Source: Camelus dromedarius (lineage: Eukaryota). From it: 64,000 nt of DNA. The stretch spans positions 39,930,001 through 39,994,000 of the forward strand of contig NC_087436.1 of assembly GCF_036321535.1 (NCBI RefSeq), in the 5' to 3' direction. Below the pieces are notes generated by a model that was not told the origin of the DNA, did not search any database, and was given only the letters and a program-made list of their open reading frames with translations. Positions 51,401 through 64,000 of this stretch are shown in pieces. Within the stretch, counting starts at the first letter, position 1. The number at the start of each line of letters is the position of its first letter. Both the position numbers and the translations under genes were made by a program.

Positions 51401-53879
51401 GGTCAAACATATATCACAATGTGATTCTTCATAGAGAACTAATACATTTGTGGAAATCCTATGTGTATGTTTTGAAAAAGTATCAAAAATAAATTTCATA
51501 AATAGAATCGACAGCTTGGTTTGGAGTCCAGTTTCTATTTATAATGAAAACTTGCTCTTTCTCAAAATTGCGATTTTTGTAAATTTTCTAAATTGTATGG
51601 TGTAGCGTGACCTTTTAGAATAGTTAATAATAATATTCCTCAAGGGTACAACTCCTCCTGAAGAAAGAAATCTAGCCTCTATAGCATCCTTGAAAAGGCC
51701 CTAGGTGCCAAATTGCAGAAATTAAAGGAGCAGCTCCTAACATAAACACAATCTGTAAATCATTTGGAAAGCTTTTGCTCGAGGATTTACAGAACACAGG
51801 AAAAACACATTCAAGGATGTACAAGGCTTAGAACAGCCTTTCAGGCAGAGGAAGGGGAGACTCTGCTCACAGTTTTAAGCTTAATAGACTGCTGATCCTG
51901 ACATATGAAATGTCATCTTGCGTGAGTAGGAAGTTTCAAATTAAACAGGATGGAGCCCAAAGATAGCTTAGCACTTCTCATGATGTGGCCTCAGATGCTG
52001 GCAAAACTTTTGCTCATTACAGGGTTGAGTGAGCAGGGACAAACAGAACACCATGAGATAAGTTACTGTGTCAGATTTTAACATAAGAGGGGGAAGTTTG
52101 TGGCTCAGGTTAGGCAAATGCACATGGATATATTGCACTTCGCATAAAAGGTAAGCTGGGATCTGGGATCTGCTCTGGTGTACTGTGTTGGGTGAGCACA
52201 TGGTGCGGATGTCTGCTCACATCTAAGAGAAAGGCTGGAGGCAGCAGTGGTGGAATTTTTATAACAGAAATCACCAGATCATTAGCTGTGTTTGTCTGCT
52301 GGCTGCAGATTGGGTGGTTTCTGTTTCATAGGAACTGATTCGGGAAATAAAGGATTTTCAAACAAATCTATCCATTGGACTTAAATGTATGCATTTCATT
52401 ATTTTTTAAAATAGATATTCATGCTAATTGCAAACAATTCCTAATCAATGCATATTTCCAGGTATATAGAATTTTAAAAATGTATTCTACAGTTAATATG
52501 AAGTGAATGACTAAGATGAATAGCCCACGATCTTGGGATTCTTTCCAAATTTTGCTTCAATTTAAAACTAGAAAATGCTTGGCAGATTACATTTGCATAA
52601 ACAAAGATAACTCTGGGAATTCAGTTAATGCTGCTTCTAAAAATATATATATATGTATTTCAAATTACAAATATAACAAATTTCTAGTCAATATGATTAA
52701 CCAATTAATGTGGAAACACAAGCCCACTCACTGCAAATACATACATACACATCACATACATATGTGTTAGGTGTAATATAATACTTTAAAACTGTATACT
52801 TTAATTTTTTTAATAAGAAAAGGAATGAACAATTTCTAGGACTAAATTGTAACTGGAAGATAATTTGGTCAATGTGCAGCAAAGCAGGAAACAGAAGGCT
52901 GTAAGACTTAAATAAAGGTCTTTGAGGTTGGGGTTTTAATGTTCAGACAGAAATGAGGAATACAAGTGTAATGCTCAAACTTGTACAATATGGGTAACAG
53001 GTATATCCCCGAGTAAGTCAAGGATTCTGTGACTATCCCATGTAGGGGCAGGAACTTGGAAGCTGTGTATAGGTAGCCATCTAAGTAGGGATATGGAAGG
53101 ATGAAGACTCACCAAGGAGGTATCTGAACCTCAAGTATGACTCATTGCTGTGGGACATGGTATAAAGCTGTCTCCATAGTTCTGGGACACTGAACCAAGA
53201 AACTGGCACGCAGCTGGTTCTTAACAGGTGAAATCCACAGGGCCCTGGTAAAAGCAACTTTAAATCCAGCCTGGACAACTCAGGGTTTGGAGAGTGCTAG
53301 TAGAAAGTAATCCTCACTGAAAAGAAATTTATAATCAAAAGTTATAAACCATGGAGGATAAAAACTAAAAAACTTACACTTCATGAACTGGAGATAAGAA
53401 AAAATATGAAATAAGTTGTTTCAAATATTCAACAAGATTGAAAATAATTTTGGCCATCTGACATACTTGCTGTCTGAGTAAACCATTCCTGAACAGAACA
53501 GCTAACAATTCTGGATAATAAATTTAAAATATCTTTTTAAATGCATAACTGAACTGGTAGGAGGTGAGAAAGAAACATCAGAGGTCAGAAATTGTGATAC
53601 AGGTGGATCAGAAGAGTTAAGAAAGGACAAAAATTGGCATTTGCCCTGAAGCATCTGTCCATCTGTGATGATGTGAGGTTTTGTTTTTTAAATAATTAAA
53701 TCATGTTATTCAGGTGAAGGAAGATTGACTTTTTGATGCCACGGTGCGTATTTATTACATGAAAAAAGAAAAGACAACCCCCTTGATAATTGTTAACTTC
53801 ATAAAGAGGCAGCAATGGGAAGGTTTTAGTCATGTTGAGTAAGATTTTAGGGGTTTGAGGTTCAGTTCTGCCATGTTTT

Positions 53880-54905
53880 AAAAAGAAAAATATACATAAA
53901 GTGCCGAAATTTTAAGCGTATGGCTTAATGAATGTTTATACAAGTGAATACTTGACTTCCACATTATGGAAGAATATTAGAGTAGATCAAGATACCTCTC
54001 ACATATATACCCTCCCCATTCAATACCCAACCATGGAAAATGTTGTTATGACTTCTATCAGCCTCTATTTATTTTTGCCTGTTATTGTGCTTTGTAAATA
54101 TATCTTTTGTGTCTGTCTTTATTCATTTAACATAATGACTCTCAGATGCACACGTTGTGTGCAACAATACTTCATTCTCATTGCTGTACAATACTCCATT
54201 ATATGATTATATCACAATTTAATTATAACGTCTATTCTTCAAGAATATTTGGGTTGCTTCCATTTTTAGAAAATATTACAAACAGGGCTACTAAAAACTT
54301 TCTTGTACATGTAGTTTGGTGAACATCTATTTACCCATTTCTGTTGGTTGTATACTTAAGCCTGGGAGGGCCAAGTCGTCAGGTGCGTAAATATTGAGCT
54401 TTAGCAGATACTGGCAAACAGTATTCCAGATGCCTGTTTCTCACTGGCGGTGTATAACGGTCCAGTTGCTCCATATCCTGCCCAATATTTCAAAATGTTA
54501 GGCTCTTTTAATTTTTCCATATTAGTGGGTGGGAAGTGACATTGCATTGTTGTTTTAACTTGCTTTCCCCTATGATGAATGATACAGTGTAGTGAAATTC
54601 TTACTGACAATTTGTATATCCTCTTTTTGAAAATTACTTTTTCAAATCTTCTGACTAGTTTTTGAAAGTTTTTTTTCTTTTTGGTGATGTCTGCATTTTA
54701 TTAATTGATTTGTGGGAGGTCTTCCCATATTTTGGTTGTAAGTTGTTTTTTAGTTAAAATATCTATGTATGAAAATGTCTTCTTCTGCCCATGGACTGCA
54801 TCTTTACTTTCTTAGTGGAGTCTTTGGATAAATTGAAGTGTTTAATTTTAGTGAAGTTGCCCTTATGATATTTTATTTATAGTTAGGGTGTTTTGTGTCC
54901 TCTTC
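53880..54905 (-). mobile_element. Old L1 (L1M/L1ME) 3' portion
   Basis: GAATATTTGGGTTGCTTCCATTTTT, CCAGTTGCTCCATATCCTGCCCAATATTT and CATTGTTGTTTTAACTTGCTTTCCC. Confidence 0.8.
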
Positions 54906-54909
54906 AAGA

Positions 54910-57140
54910 AGAAGGTTCTGGCCTAACGAGAACAAATTGAATAAGCTATGAAATCCTAATTTTTTTAACCCATCAGAGAATGTAGGATGAATAGAAATGT
55001 AAATATTCTAAAGAGGGAGGAGCCCATCCTAAGAGTGGAGAGGGACCCACAGATCCTTTTTTCTTTGCACATATGGTGAGAACAGAGTGAACTTGTGGTT
55101 GAATAACATAAGGAGAAACCAACAGAACTTTTAAGGAATTATAATGGCTGCATTTGGCCTGAAAAACTTAATTTAATATACCAAGGAATCTCAATGTGTG
55201 ACCATCCTCCAATTGTTTCACACAAGTGCCTAATTGCTGTGCATTAAACGTCCTAGGAAGACAGAACACCTGATTGGGTACTTCTTAGAGCCATGGGACT
55301 TTCACCAGGTACATAACAGGTGAGGAACAGGGCAAGAAAACTGAAAGAAATTTCCCTCAGCTACACAGTCATTGAGTGCATGGAAGTAGTGAGTTGAAGA
55401 CTGGAGGCAGGGTAAAAAGGCTGGGAAATTTCCTTAAGATGTACAGGGTTTACACTGAGTTGTTGAAGAATGAGAGCAATGGAGAAGGGCTGTGAAAAAT
55501 TCCCTCGAGGTACACAAGAGTTTTGTCAAATGTAAACAGTGCTCTTTGCTGGGAGAAGGGCAGGGTAGCTGAGAGCAATCCCCACAATGCAAAGCAGAAC
55601 TTTATTGTTAAAATTAGAGCCCACAGTAGGCTAGGAAAACTGAAGCAAGGTGGAGAAATGTTTCTTAAATGTGAAAAGCTAGGGGCAGGCCTGGAAAAGT
55701 AAGAGAAGTCCCCAGTCACTTGAAAGGCTGAATACTAAACTAGAAGGTAGAGAGGGATCTTCCGTAATTCAGGAAAGTAGCTTTTAATTGGAAAACAGAG
55801 AGAGATCCTCGGAGTCTTGCCAGTGCTCAGATCCCAAGCCATGCTGAAGGAAATACTCTGATCTCAAAATCAAAACATTTGAAGCCAGTGGTGAAGTGAA
55901 TCTAACAAAATCTGCAACAATGCCCAGCACCAGCTGAAGCATATGTTATATTGATTCCTTCTATCACCCTTGAAGCAGCTCAGTAGTGGAAGAAACATGT
56001 CATTTTCTGGGGTTAAATATCATTGGTTTTAATCTTTCTTCTTCTTTAACACATAATTTCAATATATGATAAAATTAATCAGATATGCAATAAAACAAGA
56101 ACATGTAAATCATGAATAATAGAGGAAAAACAGTCAATAGAAGTTAATCTGTAGATGTTTCACAGATTAGTATTATAAGACAAGGACTTTAACTATGGTT
56201 AATATAGTAAATGATCTAGTAGAAAGGTGAGCAAAATGCGTGAGTAAATGGGGAATTTCAACAGAAAAATGTGAAGTGTAAGAAAATAAAATACTTGAAC
56301 AGAAAAATAAAGCATCTGAAATGAGAAATTCATTCTATGGACTTAACCACAGACTGTCCATAGTGAAAGAAAGAAAATAGAAGAAAACAGAATACCTAAA
56401 TTAATACTCAAAGAGGAAAAAATGAATATTAAAAAAAACTGAGCAGAGCTTTCTAATACCTATGAGATAGTATTAAATTGCTAACATATTTGTAATTAGA
56501 GTTCCAGAAAATGAGAGAAAAATAGGGAGGGAGGGAGATAGGGAATTTTTGAAGAGATAGTGGCTGAGAATTTTTCAGAACTAATGAAAGATATTAATTC
56601 ACAGATCTGATGAGCTCATTAAACCCAAGCAAGATTTAACTGCATTCACACCCCCAAAGCTCATCATAATCAAATGTCTGAAAATCAAATATAAGGAAAA
56701 AAATATTAAAAGTAGCCAGAGATTAAAAAAAAAAAGCTACATTACAAAAGATGGATAATTATGAAGGCTGTAAAAAAAATGAGGCAACTTTAAGATGCAG
56801 AAAAGAAAATCAACTCAGAATTCCATACTAAATAAAATATTCTATAAAAATAAAGGTGAAATAAAGATGTTTTCAAAAACAAAGGGTGAAAAATTTTAGT
56901 ACCAGCACAGGCACTTAAAATTTAAAGAAGGTTCTTTAGGCTTAATGAAAAAATTTTATTTTCTTAAAGACCATTGGCTGTTTAAAGCAAATATAATGAA
57001 AATGTATTGTAAATTTGCAACCTACATAGAATTAAAATATGTGTCAGCAAGAACACAAAGGCTGATGGTGGGAGAAATGAAATTACCTCTTTATGAAGTG
57101 ATATAATGTTATTTAACATTATTCTGTGATAAATTAAGAA
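54910..57140 (+). mobile_element. Old L1 5' region plus decayed ORF1
   Basis: GGGGAATTTCAACAGAAAAAT, TTTGAAGAGATAGTGGCTGAGAATTTTTCAGAACTAATGAAAGA and AAAGGTGAAATAAAGATGTTTTCA. Confidence 0.75.
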
Positions 57141-58441
57141 TGTATGTAACTACCTTTATTTGTCTTTTAAAGGTTTTCCTGGAAATACACTTCAGTTTTT
57201 CAGTGCTATGATACTACATAGCTTTCTTTATATTTAGTCCAATCAATTTCTATTTTATGATTTTTTGATAGTATTATGAATAATGTTATTAACATTTATT
57301 TTCTATTTTACTATATATAATATACATGTGCATATTCATACACACATTTATATCCAAAGACTATAGAAAATTTATATATTAATTATAAGAGAATGTCTCT
57401 AGTTCTTTACTTTTTCTGTGTAGACAATTATATGAACTTAATACCTATTTTATTTCCTTTCCCTGCATCCTTATATACGTAATAAATTTTGCTAACTTTA
57501 TTATGCTGGCTACAAACCCCAACGTAATGGTGAATAAAGAGGCAACGGTGATATTTTTCACTTTTTACCAAACTAGAGGAAAAGTATTCACTGTTTTATC
57601 ATTAGGAATGATGTTTTTGGTAGTTTTTCCTCCCCATTTCTTTTATGTTGTAGACAGTCTGTGGATTGTCTTTATCAGGTTAAGAAAGTTCTATTGTGTC
57701 CTAGGTTGCTGAGAGGTTTTTGTTCATTTTGTTCTGTTTTTACTTGGCTTCTCTTTGCCTATCCAATCATAGGACTTTTCTATCTTTCTATTTGTTAATG
57801 ATGAATTATATTAGTTTTTGAATGTAAGAGTCATATTTCAATCATTAGAAAAATATCACCTGGCATGATGTATTTTTCTTTTTCTATATCACTAGTTTAA
57901 CTTTGCAGACATTTAACTTAAAATGTTTGCATTTATAGTCAGGAGAGAGATTGTTCTGTGATAATGCCTTTAATGATATTCTTATGTAGTTTTGGTGTTA
58001 AGTTTTTGCCTTTCTTATAAAACATGATGGGAGGTGTCATCTCTTTTTCTATTCTCTGGAAGAGTTTGTATAAGATTGATTTTTTTTCTCATAAATAATA
58101 TTTGGAAGAATGTATTGTTGAATCCATCTCTGCCAGGGGACTTCTTTGCATCAACGATTTTAGTAACATTTGATTTTTTTAAATAGATATAAAATTAATC
58201 TGATTTTTAACTTTCTTCTGTCAGCTCCAATAAGATGGGGATTTAATTTGAGAGAAACATCCATTTTACATAAATTTTCAAATTCATTATCTTAAAGGTA
58301 TTTTTCATATTTTTATATTATTTTTCTGATGTCATATCTGTAGTGATGTCCCCTTTTCTGTCCCTGATATTAAAGTTGTATTTTAGCTTTTGTCTTGATA
58401 AGTCTTGCTGCTAAACATTTATAGGTTTTATTAATATTTTC

Positions 58442-59552
58442 TTTTTTTAACATTTTTTATTGATTTATAATCATTTTACAATGTTGTGTCAAATTCCAGT
58501 GTTCAGCACAATTTTTCAGTTATTCATGGACATATACACACTCATTGTCACATTTTTTTCTCTGTGAGTTATCATAACATTTTGTGTATATTTCCCTGTG
58601 CTATACAGTGTAGTCTATTCTACAATTTTGAAATCCCAGTCTATCCCTTCCCACCCTCCACCCCCTGGTAACCACAAGTCTGTATTCTCTGTCTGTGAGT
58701 CTATTTCTGTCCTTTATTTACGCTTTGTTTTTGTTTGTTTGTTTGTTTTTGTTTTTGTTTTTTAGATTCCACATATGAGCGATCTCATATGGTATTTTTC
58801 TTTCTCTTTCTGGCTTACTTCACTTAGAATGACATTCTCCAGGAGCATCCATGTTGCTGCAAATGGCATTATGTTGTTGGTTTTTATGGCTGAAAAGTAT
58901 TCCATTGTATAAATATACCACTTCTTCTTTATCCAGTCACCTGTTGATGGACATTTAGGCTGTTTCCATGTCTTGGCTATTGTAAATAGTGCTGCTATGA
59001 ACATTGGGGTGCAGGTGTCATCCTGAAGTAGATTTCCTTCTGGATACAAGCCCAGGAGTGGGATTCCTGGGTCATATGGTAAGTCTATTCCTAGTCTTTT
59101 GAGGAATCTCCACACTGTTTTCCATAGTGGCTGCACCAAACTGCATTCCCACCAGCAGTGTAGGAGGGTTCCCCTTTCTCCACAGCCTCTCCAGCATTTG
59201 TCATTTGTGGATTTTTGAATGACGGCCATTCTGACTGGTGTGAGGTGATACCTCATTGTAGTTTTGATTTGCATTTCTCTGATAATTAGTGATACTGAGC
59301 ATTTTTTCATGTGCTTTTTGATCATTTGTATGTCTTCCTTGGAGAATTGCTTGTTTAGGTCTTCTGCCCATTTTTGGATTGGGTTGTTTATTTTTTTCTT
59401 ATTGAGTCATATGAGCTGCTTATATATTCTGGAGATCAAGCCTGTCAGTTTCACTTGCAAAAATTTTCTCCCATTCCGTAGGTTTTCTTCTTGTTTTATT
59501 TCTGGTTTCCTTTGCTGTGCAGAAGCTTGTAAGTTTCATTTGGTCCCATTTG
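58442..59552 (-). mobile_element. Young 5'-truncated L1 (about 1.1 kb)
   Basis: Exact 13-bp TSD TATTAATATTTTC at 58429-58441 and 59553-59565. Contains the 3' UTR and an uninterrupted ORF2 C-terminus. Confidence 0.97.
58762..59325 (-). pseudogene. L1 ORF2p C-terminal fragment (187 aa open; cysteine-rich domain)
   Basis: [19 protein letters not shown]...[18 protein letters not shown]...[24 protein letters not shown]...YTMEY. Lacks EN/RT domains and a promoter. Confidence 0.95.
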
Positions 59553-59929
59553 TATTAATATTTTCAAAGAACCAATTTGTCTTTTGATTTTTAATTGTTT
59601 TTTATATTTTTAAAATTTATTTTTGTTTTTGTCTTTATTTCTTCTCTCTTCTTTATTTCTGTTCTTTTTCTTTTTGAGATTAAAAGCTTAAATATGTAAT
59701 AAAAATTATATAACTTACCCTACATTCTCTATGTAAGGATCAACTACAGTCCTATATATTTTATATGTTTCCGATCAGAATCATTTACTCTTTTTAGGTA
59801 ATGTAGTTGAGATATGTGGTTATATGGTTAATTGAAAAATAATTTAAAGATGGTGATAAAATTTATAGAAGCATATTTTAAGCATTAATTTTATCTTAAA
59901 ACATATAAATGTGAATAGAATTTATTAGC

Positions 59930-60366
59930 TGTACTCGGTTGAATACTGTTCCTCAAAAATTCAGATCCATTCATAACATGTGAATGTGACCTTATTTGGA
60001 AATAGGGTTTTTGAAAACATAGTCTCATTAAGATGAGGTTACACTCAATTATGGTAGAATCTAATCCAATGACTAATAAATATCCTTTTAAGAAGAGGCA
60101 AGGCCAGTCACACAGAGAAAAGAGGGGGACGGAAAAGTCATGTAAAATGGAGGCAGAGATTGGAGGATCTACAAACTAAGGAACACCAAGGAAGTAATTA
60201 AACAGATTCTCCCTAAGTACCTCCAAGAGGAACCAAACATGCCGATGTCTTGAGTTCAGACATATAACCTCTGGAAAAAACAAACCAATAAACAAACAGA
60301 AAGAATACATTTTTACTGTTTTGGTCCTAGCTTGTCTTTGTTACAGCAGCTCTCAGAACTAATTCA
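59930..60366 (+). mobile_element. MaLR solo LTR (MLT1A/B-like)
   Basis: GAATGTGACCTTATTTGGAAATAGGG, CTAATCCAATGACT, GGAGGCAGAGATTGGAG and TTTGTTACAGCAGC...AACTAATTCA. Confidence 0.88.
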
Positions 60367-61319
60367 TTGGCTAATCACTTGATATGGGATGAAAGCTTTT
60401 TCTTTGATTCGGTTTCACTGACTAGAATTCCAAAGAACATGTTTTTGCTTAAACTGCAGTTTCAATTTTTAAAAGTAAAGCTGTTGGAATTCAGAATTTA
60501 TTGAGATTTTTATGATTCATCTCCTCAGCCCCCTGATCTTTTATTGTGATCTGGCCAAGACTATTTTGGAAACATTTTAAATGACATACTTTCATTTATC
60601 TAATGTTGCTAAATAGTTCAACTTAATTTTTATAAAAACAACCATCTTTGTTTCACATTAATGATTTTTAATCTACATAATGTTTACTTAAACAAATAAG
60701 GGTTGATGTAAGTACAGCTGAGTATAAACATGCAATTGGTGAGAGCCGACTTGTTTTGAGCATCCACCTGCTGTGAGCATCAGCTGGGGGGCCTCACAGC
60801 AGAATGGAGAATAACTGTGAATCCAGAAAGTCTGCTTATTGGAAAAGACAAATCCATTTTGGTTTTCTTGAACTTTATTATTTTACTTTATTGTTTTTTC
60901 TTTTTCCAACATACGGTCTTTGGTAAGATGACTATGGTGGGATGCCAAGGTGGGGTGGACAGAAAGGAAGGAGGCTGGGAGGAAGTAGGGGAGTGGAAGG
61001 AAAACTATGCCCATGGGTGATCCATTCCAGTTACTGACGTCAAACTTTAAATTCTAGGCTCCCTTTTCGCAAGCCATTTAGCTTTCTTCTGATCTGCTTT
61101 TCTCAGTTGCTAGGTGTTACAAAGCAGGGGACACAAACATTGTTTTATCAGTATAATGGAAACAAAAATAGCTAGAAAGGTATATTGGTTCCATGATGAG
61201 ACCATAAACTCCAAATATGTGCCAGATAAGTCGGGATTACACTTTTTCCCCTCTAGTGTAGATCTGATGGTATGAAAATACCTTAAAATCAGTGACTGTG
61301 TTTTTCTTATTGAACAAAT

Positions 61320-61480
61320 GATAGCTAAAATATACTCAGCACTTAATATATGCCAGGAAGTGTTCTACTTGCTTCATTGTTCTTAACTTATTTAACTCCC
61401 AAAATAATGTTTGATGTAGTTATGATTTATTCATCCCCATTTTACAGATAATTAAGAAGTAAGTTTTAGTAATCTACTCG
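61320..61480 (-). mobile_element. MIR fragment
   Basis: CAGCACTTAATATATGCCAGG...ACTTATTTAACTCC...ATCCCCATTTTACAGATAA. Confidence 0.75.
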
Positions 61481-61606
61481 TTCTTAGCTTAAAAGACTAA
61501 GGTGGGCTCTAAATTAAGAATTTGTGAAGATAATCATCACTCTGTAAGCCTTCTCATGTAGCTTCAAATAGTGCTGAGCACAGGGTAATTCTCACTTGAT
61601 ATTGAT

Positions 61607-62052
61607 ATATGGAGTGGATTGAATGGTGAGCCTCTAAAACCTGTGTCCATGTCTTAGTTTTCAGAACCTCTACAAGTTACCTTGTTTGAAAAGAGTCTTT
61701 GCAGATATAATTAAGTTAAGGCTCTTGAGATAAGAGGATCACCTTGGATTATTTATGTGGGCCCTAAATCCAATGAAATGTATCCTTGTAAGAGGTACAG
61801 AGAGGAGAAGACAGAGACAGTGTAAATATGGAAGGAGAGATTGGAGTGATGTGGCCTCAAGTTGAGGAACGTCAACAATCACCAGAAGTTAGAAGAGGCA
61901 AGAAACAGATTCTTCCTAGAGCCTCCAGAAAGAGTACAATCTGGCTGACACTTTGATTTGGGACTTCTGGCTTCCAGAACAGTGAAAAAATTAATTTCTA
62001 TTGTTTTAAGTCACTGTGTTAATTTGTTACAGCAGCCCCAAAAATCTATATT
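61607..62052 (+). mobile_element. MaLR solo LTR (MLT1B/C-like)
   Basis: GTCTTTGCAGATATAATTAAGTTAAGG, GGGCCCTAAATCCAATGA, CACCAGAAGTTAGAAGAGGCAAG, GACTTCTGGCTTCCAGAAC and TTTGTTACAGCAGCC. Confidence 0.9.
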
Positions 62053-62558
62053 ATAGGAAATAAAAAATATAAAGAACTGAAGAAGTAGACTGAGAGGCAA
62101 TGAGAGATAATTTATTGCATAAAATGCTTCAGCTCTCATTTTCTATTTAATAAATATATCCACCCACCTCTGAGGTATTCACTGATATGAATCTGTAAGT
62201 TATTTTTAAGAACTTGTCATTTTCTATTTTAAAGTAATAACTTCCTAAAAGAAATACATAAAATCTTCCAAATAAAAGCAAATGTAATAATAATTATCTG
62301 GGTAAAATCTTATGTAAGGATGCTATGCCTTGAGCAAATTGCTTTTTGACACCGAGTTAGATGAGTTAGGATGACTATCATTTCTTTCATCTACTTTTAT
62401 TGAATTTTTTTCTCACAGCTTTGGAATAAAGGAGTAGTATTTAGTGGGAGAAATCACTGAACCTCCTCTGCCTGACACTCAGGCCTAAAATAATCAAATT
62501 ACGTTTTTGCCTTTTAGGATGCCTTGTAATCGTTTCCTTGATTGCCAGTCATTATGTA

Positions 62559-64000
62559 CTGGCACACCTTGGAGCTATTCCTGGTTTAGTTCCAGACCAC
62601 TGCAACAAAGCAAATGTCACAATAAAGATAAGCCACAGGACTGTTTTTTTTGATATCCCAGTGCATATAAAAGTTATGTTTACACAATACTGTAGTCTAT
62701 TAAGTGTGCAATAGTATTTTACATCTGAAAAAACAATGTACATGCCTTAATTTAAAAATACTTTGTTGCTAAAAAGCTCTGACCGTCAATCTGAGCCTTC
62801 ACAGGTTATAATCGTTTTGCTGATTAAGGGTCTTAGTGTTAAAGGCTGCTGACTCAGTAGGTGGTGGTTGCTGAAGGGTGGGGTGACTGTGGCAATTTCT
62901 TAAAATAAGACAACAACGAAGCTTGCCACATTGACTGAGTCTTCCTTTCACGAACAGTTTCTCTGAGCATGCAATGCTGTTTGATAGTATTTTACTTACA
63001 GTAGAACTTCTTCCAAAATTAGAGTCAATTCTCTCAAACCCTGTTGCTGTTTTATCAACTAAGTTTATGTGCCATTGTAAACCTTTTTTTGTCATTTCAA
63101 CAATCTTCATAGAATCTTCGCCATGAGTAGATTCAGTCTCAGAAGCCACTTTTTTTTGCTCATCCATTAGAAGTAACCCCTCATCTGTTGCAGTTTTATT
63201 ATGAAATTGCAGCAATTCAGTCACATCTTGAGGCTGTTTCTAATTTTAGTTCTCTTGCTATTTCCGCCACATCTGTGTAACTTTTCTCACTGAAGCCTTG
63301 AACGCCTCAAAGCCATCCATGAGAGTTGGAATCAACTTCTTCCAAATTTTGGTTATTGTTGATATTTTTAGCTGTTTCCAGGAATCAGGGATGTTCTTAA
63401 CGGCATCTAGAATAGTGAATCCTTTCCAGAAGATTTTCAGTTGACTTTGCCCAGCTCTATCAGAGGAATCACTATCTATGGCAGCTAGAGCCTTATGAAA
63501 TATATTTCTTAAATAATAAGGCTTGAAATTCAAAATTAGTCCTTGATCCAGGGCTGCAGAATGGATGTCATGTTAGCAGGCACAAAAACAACACTGATGT
63601 CATTGTACATCTTTATCAGAGCTCTTGGGTGACCAGGTGCGTTGTAAATGAATAGTAATATTTTGAAAGAAATTTTTTTTTTCCTGAATAGTATTCAGGT
63701 CTCAGCAGTGGGCTTAACATTCAGTAAACCATGTTGCTGTCATCTAGGCTTTGCTATTTCATTTATAGAGCACAGGCGGAGTAGATTTAGCGTAATTCTT
63801 AAGGGCCCTAGGATTTGGGGGATGGTAAATGAACACTGGCTTCAACTTAAAGTCATCAGCTGGGTTAGCCCCTAACAAGAAAGTCAGCCTAGACTTTGAA
63901 TCTTTGAAGCCAGGCATTGACTTCTTCTCTTTAGCTGTGAAAGTGCCAGCTGGCGTCCTCTTCCAATATAAGGCTGTTTGACCTAATTGAAAATCTGTTG
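62559..64000 (-). mobile_element. Tigger1 (TcMar/pogo) DNA transposon, right end with decayed DDE transposase; runs off the window
   Basis: TA followed by TIR-like CTGGCACACCTTGGAG...TTCCAGACCAC. ORF remnants [23 protein letters not shown]...[14 protein letters not shown] and FERIDSNF match Tigger1 transposase, split by frameshifts and stops. Confidence 0.95.

Larger units (their letters stand above)
57150..59690 (-). mobile_element. Old L1 ORF2 remnant, interrupted by a young L1
   Basis: TTTATCAGGTTAAGAAAGTTC and TTCTATTCTCTGGAAGAGTTTGTATAAGATTG. It continues as TTTTCAAAGAACCAA after the nested insertion. Confidence 0.75.

Noticed and set aside
61035..61042. Perfect CRE palindrome TGACGTCA
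   Set aside because: A single 8-mer in 64 kb with no supporting promoter context; not callable alone.
62799..63533. Possible domesticated transposase gene (TIGD1-like)
   Set aside because: The frame is broken into pieces by shifts and stops within a TIR-bounded Tigger1 fossil.

Overview
AT-rich, CpG-depleted mammalian nuclear DNA, very probably camelid (alpaca, llama, vicuna or camel). Three copies of a short tRNA-Ala-derived SINE match the camelid Vic-1 type, alongside young L1 3' ends and pan-eutherian ancient repeats. A large share of the window is transposon-derived: L1 of several ages, L2, CR1/L3, MIR, MaLR/ERVL/ERV1 LTRs, MER82, Tigger1 and a probable hAT relic. The rest is unique sequence that looks intronic or intergenic. 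I cannot support any host protein-coding gene. The only ORFs with recognisable homology are L1 ORF2/ORF1 remnants and Tigger1 transposase remnants. I found no evidence of a previously undescribed biological system. The best second-look items are modest: a perfect 21-bp inverted repeat (38729-38780), a clean ERV1 solo LTR with TSD, a young nested L1 with an open ORF2 C-terminus, a few exon-like segments, CpG-retaining islets and a 17-bp triple repeat. Repeat family names come from recalled consensus motifs, not from a database search. Boundaries of old elements are approximate.
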